From Mycobacterium sp. (GTDB taxonomy: Bacteria > Actinomycetota > Actinomycetes > Mycobacteriales > Mycobacteriaceae): DNA of 39,000 bases. The notes beneath the pieces are model-generated. The model ran no database searches. It had not been told where the DNA came from and worked only from the letters and a program-made list of their open reading frames with translations. Positions 27,107 to 36,238 of the stretch are shown one piece after another (within the stretch, counting starts at the first letter, position 1; the number at the start of each line of letters is the position of its first letter). A program made the translations under genes and the position numbers. The stretch lies in the NCBI GenBank assembly GCA_035279185.1, contig DATEIG010000258.1, positions 1 to 39,000 on the forward strand, given 5' to 3'.

Positions 27107-27706
27107 ATGACGACAACTGTTCTGCTGGGGGCCGCAGACGGCATCGGTCCGGCACTGGCCGACGGAATCGCAGCGTCTCGACGCGACGCCGACAGCGAGA
27201 TACCTGCAGGCACCACCGGCGTCGTCCTCGTGGTCGGCGCAGATCCCGTACCGGAGCAGGTCGCCGTCACCGAGACTTCCGACGCCCAGTGGCTTAAGGC
27301 CGTCAGCGGGACGGTGTGGCGAACGCTGGCCGCGCTGCAGCGTGCATACGCGGCGATGACGAGCGGTGGCAGGGTCGTCGTCGTCGTGCCGACCATCGGG
27401 ATGGCGGGAGCGGCCGGACTGGTGCCGTACACGACCGCGGTCGAGGGCATCAGGGCGATGACGAAGTCCGCGGCACGACAGTGGCGCTCCGCCGGTATCG
27501 GCGTCGCCATGGTGGCAGCTCCGCTGCACATCTTCGCCCCCGACCTCGAAGCCTTGACCACCCATCTGACTGCCGCAGCCGTCACCGACGATGACACCCT
27601 CGTCCGATCGGTTTCCGAGGCTGTCACGTTCTTGCTCCGGGCAGATGTGGAGCATCTGGCCGGAGCGACCATCGTGGTGGACGGTGGCTCGGTGATGCTG
27701 CCGTGA
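27107..27706 (+). CDS. Atypical, shortened SDR-fold protein (catalytic Lys missing)
   Basis: LGAADGIG and a C-terminal LAGATIVVDGG; YTTAV in place of YxxxK; about 199 aa. Confidence 0.78.
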   Translation: MTTTVLLGAADGIGPALADGIAASRRDADSEIPAGTTGVVLVVGADPVPEQVAVTETSDAQWLKAVSGTVWRTLAALQRAYAAMTSGGRVVVVVPTIGMAGAAGLVPYTTAVEGIRAMTKSAARQWRSAGIGVAMVAAPLHIFAPDLEALTTHLTAAAVTDDDTLVRSVSEAVTFLLRADVEHLAGATIVVDGGSVMLP

Positions 27707-28461
27707 TGCTCGACGGGAGAACAGCTTTGGTCACCGGGGCCGGAGGCGGCGTCGGCCGCGGCATCGCCATGGGTCTGGCTGCCCACGGTGCGCATGTCAT
27801 CGTCGCCTCGCGGTCCGAATCCGGACAGGCCGTCGTCGGTGACATCACGGCACGAGGCCACGACGCGACATGGGCGCGGTGCGACGTGACCGACACGGCG
27901 TCGGTGACCAAGGCCGTCGAGACGGCGCTCGCGTCCACAGGGCGCCTGGATGCGGTGGTACACAACGCGACGAGCAATCTCTCCAGCCAACCCCACCAGC
28001 TGGCCGACGTGACGGCGGCGCAGTGGGAGGAGCATTACAGTGTGTCCCTTGGCGGGGCGCACGCATGCGCGAGCGCCGCGTTCGCCGCCCTGCGGCAGCG
28101 CGGCGGCACCTTCATCGTCATGACCTCACCCGCCGGTATCGAAGGCAGCGCGACGCTGCCCCTGTACGCGACCGTCAAAGGTGCTTTGCGCGGCTTCGCC
28201 AAGAGTTTGGCCAGGGAATGGGCCCCGCATCAGATCACCGTGAACGTCGTTTCGCCGCTCGCTTATTCACCAGCGATGACCGCCGCGATCGAGGCGGACC
28301 CGGACATGGAGGCGAGATTGGCCAGACGGATTCCGCTGGCACGCATCGGTGACCCGGAGACCGATATCGGCGCGGCCGTTGCGTTTCTCGTCGGGCCCGG
28401 CGCCCGCTACATCACCGGCCAGACCCTGGGCGTCGACGGCGGCCACTACACCAACCTCTAG
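27703..28461 (+). CDS. Classical SDR oxidoreductase
   Basis: TGAGGGVGRG, CDVTD, VHNA, YATVK, YITGQTLGVDGG. Confidence 0.92.
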   Translation: MMLDGRTALVTGAGGGVGRGIAMGLAAHGAHVIVASRSESGQAVVGDITARGHDATWARCDVTDTASVTKAVETALASTGRLDAVVHNATSNLSSQPHQLADVTAAQWEEHYSVSLGGAHACASAAFAALRQRGGTFIVMTSPAGIEGSATLPLYATVKGALRGFAKSLAREWAPHQITVNVVSPLAYSPAMTAAIEADPDMEARLARRIPLARIGDPETDIGAAVAFLVGPGARYITGQTLGVDGGHYTNL

Positions 28462-28471
28462 AGGGACAGCC

Positions 28472-29365
28472 ATGCGTATCGGCGTCGTCCTGCCCCACAC
28501 CGGACCCACGGCGTCGCCCACGTTCATCCGGGATTTCGCCCAGACCGCGGAGGGCTGCGGCCTCGACCGATTGTGGGCAGTGGACCATCTCGTTCTGCCG
28601 CATCATGTTTCGTCTCCTTACGTGCTCGGCCGCCGTCCCACCGCCGTCGCCGACGGCTGGCTGTCGGAGAATCTGGCCCCGAACTTCGAGATGCTCACCA
28701 CGCTCAGCTTTGTCGCAGGACAGACGGATACGATCGGCCTCGGCACATCGGTCGCCGTGCTGCCGATCCGCAATCCCATTGCCAACGCCCGGCAGCTCGC
28801 GACACTCGATGCGCTGTCAGGAGGGCGTCTGGTCTACGGCGTCGGCATCGGTTGGATGCGCGAGGAAGCGCTCGCGATGGACATGCCGTGGGACAACCGG
28901 GCGGCGCGCGCGGAGGAGCACATCGACGTCCTGCGCACGCTGTGGTGTGCGAACGAGCCTTACGTCGAGTTCTCGGGCAGTTACTACGCATTCGATTCGA
29001 TGGACCCGTCGCCGCAACCGCAGCAACGACCCATACCGATCCTGGTCGGCGGCCATTCCACCGCCGCCATGAAGCGGGCGGTCCGCATCGGCGACGGCTG
29101 GATCTCCGCGCCGACGTCGCAGAGTCGGTTCGCGGAATTGCTCGCCGAACTTCTCCGTCTGGCTGAGGCCCAGGGAAGACCGCGGACCGATCTGCAGGTG
29201 GTGGCGTCCGTCAGGTTGGATCCGCAGGCCGGCGTCGATGAGCTCGGCAAGACCTTCGACGCCTATCGCCGGATGGGCGTCGACCACCTGCAGGTGGTGC
29301 CGCCTGCCGAGGATCCGGCACGAACCATCGACGACCTCGCTCTCCTCGCGGCTGGGACGGGCTAG
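28472..29365 (+). CDS. LLM-class, probably F420-dependent oxidoreductase (Rv2161c-like family)
   Basis: MRIGVVLP, LWAVDHLVLP, TLDALSGGRLVYGVGIGWMREE, IPILVGGHS. Confidence 0.87.
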   Translation: MRIGVVLPHTGPTASPTFIRDFAQTAEGCGLDRLWAVDHLVLPHHVSSPYVLGRRPTAVADGWLSENLAPNFEMLTTLSFVAGQTDTIGLGTSVAVLPIRNPIANARQLATLDALSGGRLVYGVGIGWMREEALAMDMPWDNRAARAEEHIDVLRTLWCANEPYVEFSGSYYAFDSMDPSPQPQQRPIPILVGGHSTAAMKRAVRIGDGWISAPTSQSRFAELLAELLRLAEAQGRPRTDLQVVASVRLDPQAGVDELGKTFDAYRRMGVDHLQVVPPAEDPARTIDDLALLAAGTG

Positions 29366-29405
29366 TGAGAATCACTGCTCTCGATATAGGATAACGTCAT
29401 TACCA
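29366..29405. promoter_or_regulatory. Tandem 18-bp operator pair (internal promoter)
   Basis: TGAGAA-tcactg-CTCTCG (29366) and AGGATA-acgtca-TTACCA (29388), 22 bp apart. Confidence 0.72.
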
Positions 29406-29450
29406 GCGGGTCGTTTCGTGCCCGCCATCTGTACGTCATAGGAGGACGCA

Positions 29451-30629
29451 GTGACGGAGACGGGTTCGTTCGAGGTCTGGGACGCCGACAACCACATGTA
29501 CGAGACCATCGACGCCTACACCCGGTACCTGCCGGAGAAGTATTCCGAGGCGGTGAAGTTCGTCGACGTCAATGGCCGCAAGAAACTCCAGATTCTGGGC
29601 ACTGTCACCGAGACCATCCCGAACCCCACCTACGAGGTGATCCCCACACCGGGCGCCTGGGCTGACTACTTCCGGGGCATCAACCCGGAAGGTAAGACAC
29701 TGCGTGAACTCGCCGAACCGATCCGCTGCCCGGACGAGTTCCGGCGCCCTGACCTACGCCTGGCCCTGATGGACCGCCAAGGGGTCGACGGAACCGTCAT
29801 GTTTCCCACGACCGCGGGCATGCTCGAGGAACGGACGAAGTCGGACACCGAGCTGACACATGCGGTCACCCACGCCTTCAACCGGTGGCTCCTCGAGGAC
29901 TGGACGTTCAATTACCAGAATCGGATCTTCCCGGTACCGGCCATCTCCCTCAACGATCCGGCACTCGGCGTGAAGGAATTGGAGTGGTGTCTCGATAACG
30001 GCGCCAAAACGGTGTTGATCCGCCCCGCCCCCGTGCCGCGCGAAGACGGGACCTCACGTTCGGCGGCCCTGCCGGAGTTCGATGACTTCTGGCGCCTCGT
30101 CGAGGAGGCGGGTATCTCCGTCCAGATGCACAACTCGGACTCCGGCTATGAGCGCTATGTCGACGATTGGGAGGATGCCGCGGAGTTCAACGGGTTCGCG
30201 TTGAGCAAGTTGCGGGGCTTCATCTACGAGGAGAGCCGCAACATCTTCGACACCCTCGCCGCGTTCATTGCGCACGAGGTGTTCGAGCGGTTCCCCGGCG
30301 TGCGCATCGGCGTTGTCGAAAACGGTGGTTCGTGGGCCCACCGCCTGATCGACGTTTTCGACCGGGTTTACCGCAAGCGGCCGTATGACTTCAGCGAGCA
30401 TCCGTCCGACGTGTTCCGCCGCCACGTGTGGGTCAACCCGTTCCATGAGGAGGACATGTCAGCGCTCATCGACATCCTCGGCGCGAACCGCGTGATGTTC
30501 GGTTCGGACTATCCGCATCCCGAGGGTCTTGCTGAGCCTGCTGATTTCGTCAGCGAACTGACAAACCTACCCGCCGACACCACTGCCCGAGTGATGGGAA
30601 GGAACCTCAAGGAGCTCATCGGTATCTGA
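29451..30629 (+). CDS. Amidohydrolase_2 family protein
   Basis: DADNHMYE, MDRQGVD, HAFNRW, MHNSDSGY, ENG, FGSDYPHPEG; AGGAGG RBS. Confidence 0.92.
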   Translation: MTETGSFEVWDADNHMYETIDAYTRYLPEKYSEAVKFVDVNGRKKLQILGTVTETIPNPTYEVIPTPGAWADYFRGINPEGKTLRELAEPIRCPDEFRRPDLRLALMDRQGVDGTVMFPTTAGMLEERTKSDTELTHAVTHAFNRWLLEDWTFNYQNRIFPVPAISLNDPALGVKELEWCLDNGAKTVLIRPAPVPREDGTSRSAALPEFDDFWRLVEEAGISVQMHNSDSGYERYVDDWEDAAEFNGFALSKLRGFIYEESRNIFDTLAAFIAHEVFERFPGVRIGVVENGGSWAHRLIDVFDRVYRKRPYDFSEHPSDVFRRHVWVNPFHEEDMSALIDILGANRVMFGSDYPHPEGLAEPADFVSELTNLPADTTARVMGRNLKELIGI

Positions 30630-30642
30630 TCGGTAGGCGGAC

Positions 30643-31194
30643 GTGATGACAACTGATCGCGTGGCTCTGCACACGAGGCTTGCGCACGCCAAGTGGGAGG
30701 CGTACTCGAAAGTCACTGAGACGAACTACGTCACCTACGGCGACGAGTGGATCTACGCACCGGACGCCGTGATGATGTGCCCGCTGTTCAATGGCGGAGT
30801 TGCACAGCCGATGGCGAACCTCTTCTCAGATGAGCTCGCGGCCGCCATGACCAAGCACGCCCCCGACGGGGACATGCTCACGCCGGAGTTCCGTATGTGG
30901 TGGAGACACATGCCCGACTTCAGAACCGTCACACCGTTCGACTGCGATGCTTTCGAGTGGGGCTTCGTTTCCCGCGACACCTACGCGGGCACGCTCGCCG
31001 ACGGGACGGTGCTCGAACTGCGTGAGTGGGACTACATCTGGACCAACGAGGACGGACACATCAGTCGGTGGGACTGGTTCGTCGACTCACGTCAGTGGTA
31101 TCCGTTCTTGGACCTCATCGGTCTCGACCCCAGCGAACTGACCTTCCGGGGCTACACCATCAATTTTCTGCGTCAGGGCGGTGTCGGAAACTGA
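30643..31194 (+). CDS. Protein of unknown function, possibly NTF2/SnoaL-like fold (paralog A)
   Basis: 183 aa; strong similarity to 32320-32925 supports coding status. The fold is a guess from the C-terminal beta-strand pattern. Confidence 0.8.
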   Translation: MMTTDRVALHTRLAHAKWEAYSKVTETNYVTYGDEWIYAPDAVMMCPLFNGGVAQPMANLFSDELAAAMTKHAPDGDMLTPEFRMWWRHMPDFRTVTPFDCDAFEWGFVSRDTYAGTLADGTVLELREWDYIWTNEDGHISRWDWFVDSRQWYPFLDLIGLDPSELTFRGYTINFLRQGGVGN

Positions 31195-31213
31195 TCGATG
31201 GCAACTGCCTCCG

Positions 31214-32323
31214 CTACCGGCGTGTGGTCCGCGATTGCCTGCTCACTATTGAAGGACCCGCCAACGGATGCCCGATCAAACCCGCTGGTGCGTCAACGAC
31301 TTCGGGTATCGCATTCACTGCGGCGAGCGCCGTGACGGCCACACCCGGGTTGACCCGATCCGAGGCCGACTGCTCCATGTACAGCTCCATGCTCATACTC
31401 GGCCGACCCTCGACTCGGAACACCATGCCGCCTTGGTCCTCTCTCGACGGCCGTGGCCAGCGTTGCGGCCAGGGTGTCGAACTCACCGTTGCGAAATACT
31501 GAACCGCGACTGCCTTCCGCCCGTCGACAACGCCGGCAAGTTGCCAGCGGTGCGCACAGATCGTCCCCTGCGGAATCACGCCGAGCGCGGTCTCCAGATC
31601 CGACGGCGCGAGCAATGTCTCCCAGTCCAGTTCGACACCGTCGAGTTCCAACCCGAGGATGTCGGCAATGTAGCGCACCACGGTTTCCCAATCGTGGTTG
31701 ACCTTTCCAGATGCGATTCGAGCGGGCACATGCCCCTCCGCTTTCCCGAAACCCATCGATTCATGCAGGACATCCCAGATCGGATAAGCCTTGTCCAGGT
31801 TGATCGCGTATTCGTCCATCCGATATGAGTCGATGGCGCCGGCACCCGCAAGTAGCGCGGTGGGAATGTTCAGACTGATGAAGCCCGGCTCCGCGCCGGT
31901 CGCATAGAACGTCGAATTTCCCTTCGCCGCTGCGGCTTCCACGGCAGCACGCCAGTCGGGTGGCGCAGCCGGCGGATAGACCATCGGGATCGTCGAGATC
32001 GTCACGACGTTGCTCCCCGCCTCGAGGTAGGTGACGATGTCCGCGATGGCTTCGGCCTCGCGTCGGACCGCAGTTGAACAGTACAAAACGCAGTCGGGTT
32101 TCAACGCAAGGATCTCACCGACGTCATCGGTCGCCGTGATCCCTACATCAGTACTGTCGACAAGTCGACCCGCGTCGACTCCGACCTTGTCGCGAGTCGA
32201 CACCTTGACTCCGACGAGTTCCAGCGCCGGGTCATTGATTGTCGCCCGCAAAGCCTCCCTCCCCGTCAGACCAGTCCCGATGTGGACGACCCGATATGGT
32301 CGAAAAGAATCCGTCTCGGTCAC
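31214..32323 (-). CDS. DapB-like / 2,4-diaminopentanoate dehydrogenase-like oxidoreductase
   Basis: IGTGLTG, KVGVDAGRL, TGAEPGF, AVNAIPEVVDAPAG. Confidence 0.82.
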   Translation of the reverse strand: MTETDSFRPYRVVHIGTGLTGREALRATINDPALELVGVKVSTRDKVGVDAGRLVDSTDVGITATDDVGEILALKPDCVLYCSTAVRREAEAIADIVTYLEAGSNVVTISTIPMVYPPAAPPDWRAAVEAAAAKGNSTFYATGAEPGFISLNIPTALLAGAGAIDSYRMDEYAINLDKAYPIWDVLHESMGFGKAEGHVPARIASGKVNHDWETVVRYIADILGLELDGVELDWETLLAPSDLETALGVIPQGTICAHRWQLAGVVDGRKAVAVQYFATVSSTPWPQRWPRPSREDQGGMVFRVEGRPSMSMELYMEQSASDRVNPGVAVTALAAVNAIPEVVDAPAGLIGHPLAGPSIVSRQSRTTRR

Positions 32324-32925
32324 TGTTCAACTCCCCCTATCTGTCTTGAGACTGCCGAACGGCGGGCAGGGCACCAATTACCTACTCCGCCTTGGCGTAG
32401 AAAGTTGACGGTGTATTGCTGACTCGTCAGCCCCTTCGCCTCGAGTCCGACGAGCGAAAGCAACTGCTCCCACTTGTCGGTGTCGACGAACCAGTCCCAG
32501 CGCGTGACGTGTCCGTCCTCGTTGGTCCAGATGTAGTCCCACTCGCGTAATTCGAGCACCGTTCCGTCTGCGAGCGTTCCCGCGTACGTATCGCAGGACG
32601 TGAAGCCCCACTCCCCGGCAACGCATTCGAACGGGCTGACGAGCCGGTAGTCCGGCATGTGCTTCCACCACATGCGCCACTCTGCGGTCAGCATGTCGCC
32701 GTCCGGTGCGTATTCGGCCATTGCCGCTGCCACTTCGTCGGAGAACATATCCGTCGCCGACTGGGGCGTGCCATTGTTGAAGTGGGGACTCATCATGACG
32801 TAATCCGGTGCGAAGACGAACTTGTCACCGAAATCGACGTGGCGGCCGCGGTCGATGGGTTTCGCGTAACCCTCCCACTTTTCGAAGGCGATCCGCTCGT
32901 TCATGGCCGTCCGATCGCTGGTCAT
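32320..32925 (-). CDS. Protein of unknown function (paralog B of 30643-31194)
   Basis: ATG 32925 follows an AGAAAGG RBS. Shares APDGDMLT.E.RMWW.HMPD and DTYAGTLADGTVLELREWDYIWTNEDGH with paralog A. Confidence 0.8.
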   Translation of the reverse strand: MTSDRTAMNERIAFEKWEGYAKPIDRGRHVDFGDKFVFAPDYVMMSPHFNNGTPQSATDMFSDEVAAAMAEYAPDGDMLTAEWRMWWKHMPDYRLVSPFECVAGEWGFTSCDTYAGTLADGTVLELREWDYIWTNEDGHVTRWDWFVDTDKWEQLLSLVGLEAKGLTSQQYTVNFLRQGGVGNWCPARRSAVSRQIGGVEQ

Positions 32926-32942
32926 GTCGTTACCTTTCTCTG

Positions 32943-33899
32943 CTAGGTCAGTTCGGCGAATCGCTTCAGGTACGGCCACGCGATGTCAGGCGGTATCCCG
33001 CCGCACAAGGGTGAGAGATTGAACATCTCGCCACTGGCGATGCGCTGTCTCGCCTCTTCGACCGACAGGATCACGTGGGAGGACGACGTGCGGCGCAATT
33101 CGTCGACGGACGTGGCGGTGGTCACGTTCGCCGACACCTCATTGCCAGGGTTCCACTCGGAGTAGGCCATGGCGTCATGCAGCAGGTACTCACCGATCTC
33201 GCCCCAGGCGGCGTCGACATCGGAGGCCACGAAAAGGTTCGTCACGACATCTCGTTCGGGTATCAGCACGAAACCGGGCTCGAAACCGTTGTCGCGGCAC
33301 GCTTTTTCGTAAGCCTCCTGCATGCCGGTAACCCCGCCATTGGCGAGCAGGCCGAGGCCGTTGCGGCCCGCACGCCGCGCCGCAGCCAGGCTCGAACCAC
33401 CCCAATTCAGCATAGGTCCCTCCGTCGTCCGCGGACGCGGTGTCACCCTCATGCGCCTGCTGCCGTACTCGACCTCTTCCCCGGCCAGCAAGCGGCGCAA
33501 CAAGCCGAGCTTCTCGTCGGCGATGCGGCCTCGATCTGACAACGACAGTCCGAAATGGTCGAATTCCTCCGCGCGGTAGCCGATCCCGAAGACATAGGTG
33601 GCTCTACCCGCGCTGATATGGTCCAGCACGGCGATGTCCTCCGCAAGGCGGACTACATCGTAAAAGGGCAGCAAGATCGTCAGGTTCAGCATCAACTGCT
33701 TGGTGCGCGCGGCAATCGCCGAGCCGAGCAGCAATGGCGATGGCAGATAGCCGTCGTCCGCGCAGTGGTGCTCGCACAGCACAACCGCGAGGCAGCCGTG
33801 ATCCTCGGCCCACGCCGACATCTCGCAGGCCGCGGCGTACAACTCCGATGTGGCGGTACCCGGCGACTGCGATCGCATATCGAAGCGAAGCGTGAACAT
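32943..33899 (-). CDS. LLM-class flavin-dependent oxidoreductase
   Basis: LCEHH, YLPSP, IAART, RLAEDIAVLDHISAGR, GIGYRAEEF. Confidence 0.9.
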   Translation of the reverse strand: MFTLRFDMRSQSPGTATSELYAAACEMSAWAEDHGCLAVVLCEHHCADDGYLPSPLLLGSAIAARTKQLMLNLTILLPFYDVVRLAEDIAVLDHISAGRATYVFGIGYRAEEFDHFGLSLSDRGRIADEKLGLLRRLLAGEEVEYGSRRMRVTPRPRTTEGPMLNWGGSSLAAARRAGRNGLGLLANGGVTGMQEAYEKACRDNGFEPGFVLIPERDVVTNLFVASDVDAAWGEIGEYLLHDAMAYSEWNPGNEVSANVTTATSVDELRRTSSSHVILSVEEARQRIASGEMFNLSPLCGGIPPDIAWPYLKRFAELT

Positions 33900-33907
33900 C
33901 GCGGCGC

Positions 33908-34744
33908 TCAGCTCCCCTGCCGTGTATCAGTACCCATGACTTCGGCACTCGCGTGCATGATCAGTCGGACCACCTCGTTGCGTGACATGGACTTGAAGAG
34001 TTCCATCCCCATTCGGACGTCGTCGCCGGTGGCGATCGTCGGTCCGTTGCCGAGGTTGGCGAACGCTTCGTCCACCACGCTCGCGGCGGTGACAGCACCG
34101 TCGGGGACGTCGTCGACGGAGGCGAGGCGCCCGCGCTCGAACTCCAGCTTTCGCAGTGCCGGTGTGTCGGTCATACCGAGGACCAGACCCAGCACGTCCA
34201 CGCCCTTGTCGTGCAACTCCACCCACAGGCCTTCGGTGAACACCATGTCGAAGGCCTTGGTTGCACCGTAGGCCACCATGTTGCGACCACCGGCCAACGC
34301 TGCACCCGACGTGAAGTTCACGATGCCACCTCTGCCCCGCTCGACCATGGGGCGGGCGAAATGGTGGCACAGCCGCATCAACACCAGGCAGTTGCGTTGC
34401 AGCAGGGCTTCCGCCGCCGACACCGGATTGTTGAGGAAGGGTTGGTAATTCGGATCGCCACCGGCGCAGTAGACCAGCATGCCGACGTCGAGGTCCGAGG
34501 TGGCGTCAATGATGCGCTGTGATGCGTCGGCATCAGTCAGGTCGACGGCGAGAGTCCGCGCATCGGCCCGGGTGCGATGGCGAATGCCCTGTGCCACTTC
34601 GTCGAGCAGGTGTTGGCGCCGCGCCACGAGCACGACGTTCACACCTTCGTCAGCGATCCGCTCGGCGAACAGCAACCCGACACCGTCAGAGGCCCCGACG
34701 ACGACTGCCCACGGCCCGTACTTGGACGCGAAGTCGTCGGTCAT
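33908..34744 (-). CDS. SDR oxidoreductase (17beta-HSD/KAR-like)
   Basis: KYGPWAVVVGASDGVG, LVARR, YGATKAF; ATG at 34744 in an ATGA overlap. Confidence 0.9.
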   Translation of the reverse strand: MTDDFASKYGPWAVVVGASDGVGLLFAERIADEGVNVVLVARRQHLLDEVAQGIRHRTRADARTLAVDLTDADASQRIIDATSDLDVGMLVYCAGGDPNYQPFLNNPVSAAEALLQRNCLVLMRLCHHFARPMVERGRGGIVNFTSGAALAGGRNMVAYGATKAFDMVFTEGLWVELHDKGVDVLGLVLGMTDTPALRKLEFERGRLASVDDVPDGAVTAASVVDEAFANLGNGPTIATGDDVRMGMELFKSMSRNEVVRLIMHASAEVMGTDTRQGS

Positions 34745-35142
34745 GGGGCCGGCACCGCCGCCAACCGGACCGAGGTGTACGAGCGACGCACGAGGCGCCA
34801 TCCGTCGCGTGTGCGCACCGCGTGATCGTCGTAGTAGCCGACCGGATTCGCGCCCGACCCGTCCTCGAGCAGGATGAGCGCGTCGACGTAGGTACGCATC
34901 GTGGCCGTGTCGCCGTCGACGTCGATGGCCTGGTTTGTCATCCGGTGCATGGTGTGGGCCGCGAAGACGTGGGCAGCCTCCATGAATGCAGCCACCGCGG
35001 CGCCACCCGTCCACTGTCCGACGACGCCGTAGTCCACGTGCGCGTCGTCCGTGAACACCGTTGTCAAAAGCGAGTATTGCCCGGTGTCGATGGCGGTGGC
35101 ATAGCGGATGGTCAGTTCGACGAGATCGTCCCGATCCGTCAC
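34741..35142 (-). CDS. SnoaL-like / NTF2 family protein
   Basis: RYATAID, VFTDDA, TMHRMTN, GYYDDHAVRTRDGWR. Start is GTG 35142 (GAGGAG RBS) or ATG 35169. Confidence 0.87.
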   Translation of the reverse strand: MTDRDDLVELTIRYATAIDTGQYSLLTTVFTDDAHVDYGVVGQWTGGAAVAAFMEAAHVFAAHTMHRMTNQAIDVDGDTATMRTYVDALILLEDGSGANPVGYYDDHAVRTRDGWRLVRRSYTSVRLAAVPAP

Positions 35143-35165
35143 TGAAGATGCTCCTCGCGTGCTGG

Positions 35166-36218
35166 TCATGCGACGTCTCCGTTCGGGTGCACCACGATGC
35201 GGGGCGGTCCGTCCGATCTGCGTGTCTGATCGAGTGCCTCCGGCACCTCGTCGAGTCCGATGATCCTGCCGACGCTGGGCATTGGGTCGAGACGTCCTTC
35301 GACGACCGCATCCAGCACGCCGTACCAGTCCTCTGGCATCGGCCCACCGCCGAACCGCAGAGTCAACCCCTGTCGGGTGGCCTCGGTGATGTTGAGGGTG
35401 TCGCCGGTGTACCAGCCGCCCGCGCAATAGATGCGGGTGTAGAAGTCTGCCTCCTTGACGATCTGGTCGATGAGGCCCACCGCGCCGACGCACTCGAATA
35501 CCACTGCAGTGCCTGCCATCTTGTGCTCTGCCCTGACTTCGCGGAAGACGTCGAAGATGGACCGTTCGGCGGGATCGACCAGGACATGCGCGCCGAAGCT
35601 GGCCTGGGCGAGCTGGCGGCGCTCTGCCTGAAAATCCGAGACGATGATCGGCGAGATGCCACGGGCGGCCAAGGCAGCGACCGCCGACAGCCCGACGGCG
35701 CCGGCGCCCACGACGATCGGTACTTCGCCGGGTTGGACCGCGGCGGCACGCACGTAGTACTCGCCGACGGCGAAAGCGTCGACGACAGCGATCGCATCAC
35801 TGGGTACGGACCCGTTGACGATTCGTGCGGTGGCTTCCGGTACGACGAGGAGTTCTCCGAAGCTGCCCTGCGCCTCGGGGTGCTGTCCGATGACTCGTAG
35901 GCCTCCGGCGCCTCCGTCCACCAACCGAATCGGCATGGACGTCACGCGGCTTCCGATCGGAAAGGCATCGCTGCACCCAGGGCCGCGGCCGACGACCTCG
36001 CCGACGAATTCATGGCCCATGACGATGTCGCGGTCCGGGTCGTACAGCGATCGACCGGTCGGGTCGTCGATTGCCGATTCGGGATGATCCATGAAGTGGA
36101 CGTCGGACGCGCAAATTGCGGTACTCAACGTCTTGAGCAGGAGCTCGCCTTGGCCGGGGACGGGATCGGCTGTCTCGCGGACGTCCAATTCGCCGTTTCG
36201 CAATACGACTGCTCGCAC
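35166..36218 (-). CDS. Zn-binding medium-chain dehydrogenase (MDR)
   Basis: ICASDVH, MGHEFVGEV, VGAGAVG, FECVG. Confidence 0.9.
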   Translation of the reverse strand: MRAVVLRNGELDVRETADPVPGQGELLLKTLSTAICASDVHFMDHPESAIDDPTGRSLYDPDRDIVMGHEFVGEVVGRGPGCSDAFPIGSRVTSMPIRLVDGGAGGLRVIGQHPEAQGSFGELLVVPEATARIVNGSVPSDAIAVVDAFAVGEYYVRAAAVQPGEVPIVVGAGAVGLSAVAALAARGISPIIVSDFQAERRQLAQASFGAHVLVDPAERSIFDVFREVRAEHKMAGTAVVFECVGAVGLIDQIVKEADFYTRIYCAGGWYTGDTLNITEATRQGLTLRFGGGPMPEDWYGVLDAVVEGRLDPMPSVGRIIGLDEVPEALDQTRRSDGPPRIVVHPNGDVA

Positions 36219-36238
36219 CTGTTCCCACCCCTGATCAA

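Noticed and set aside
27107-27706. Degenerate SDR as a pseudogene
   Set aside because: The frame is uninterrupted and tightly coupled to both neighbours, so it is kept as a CDS, though decay cannot be excluded.
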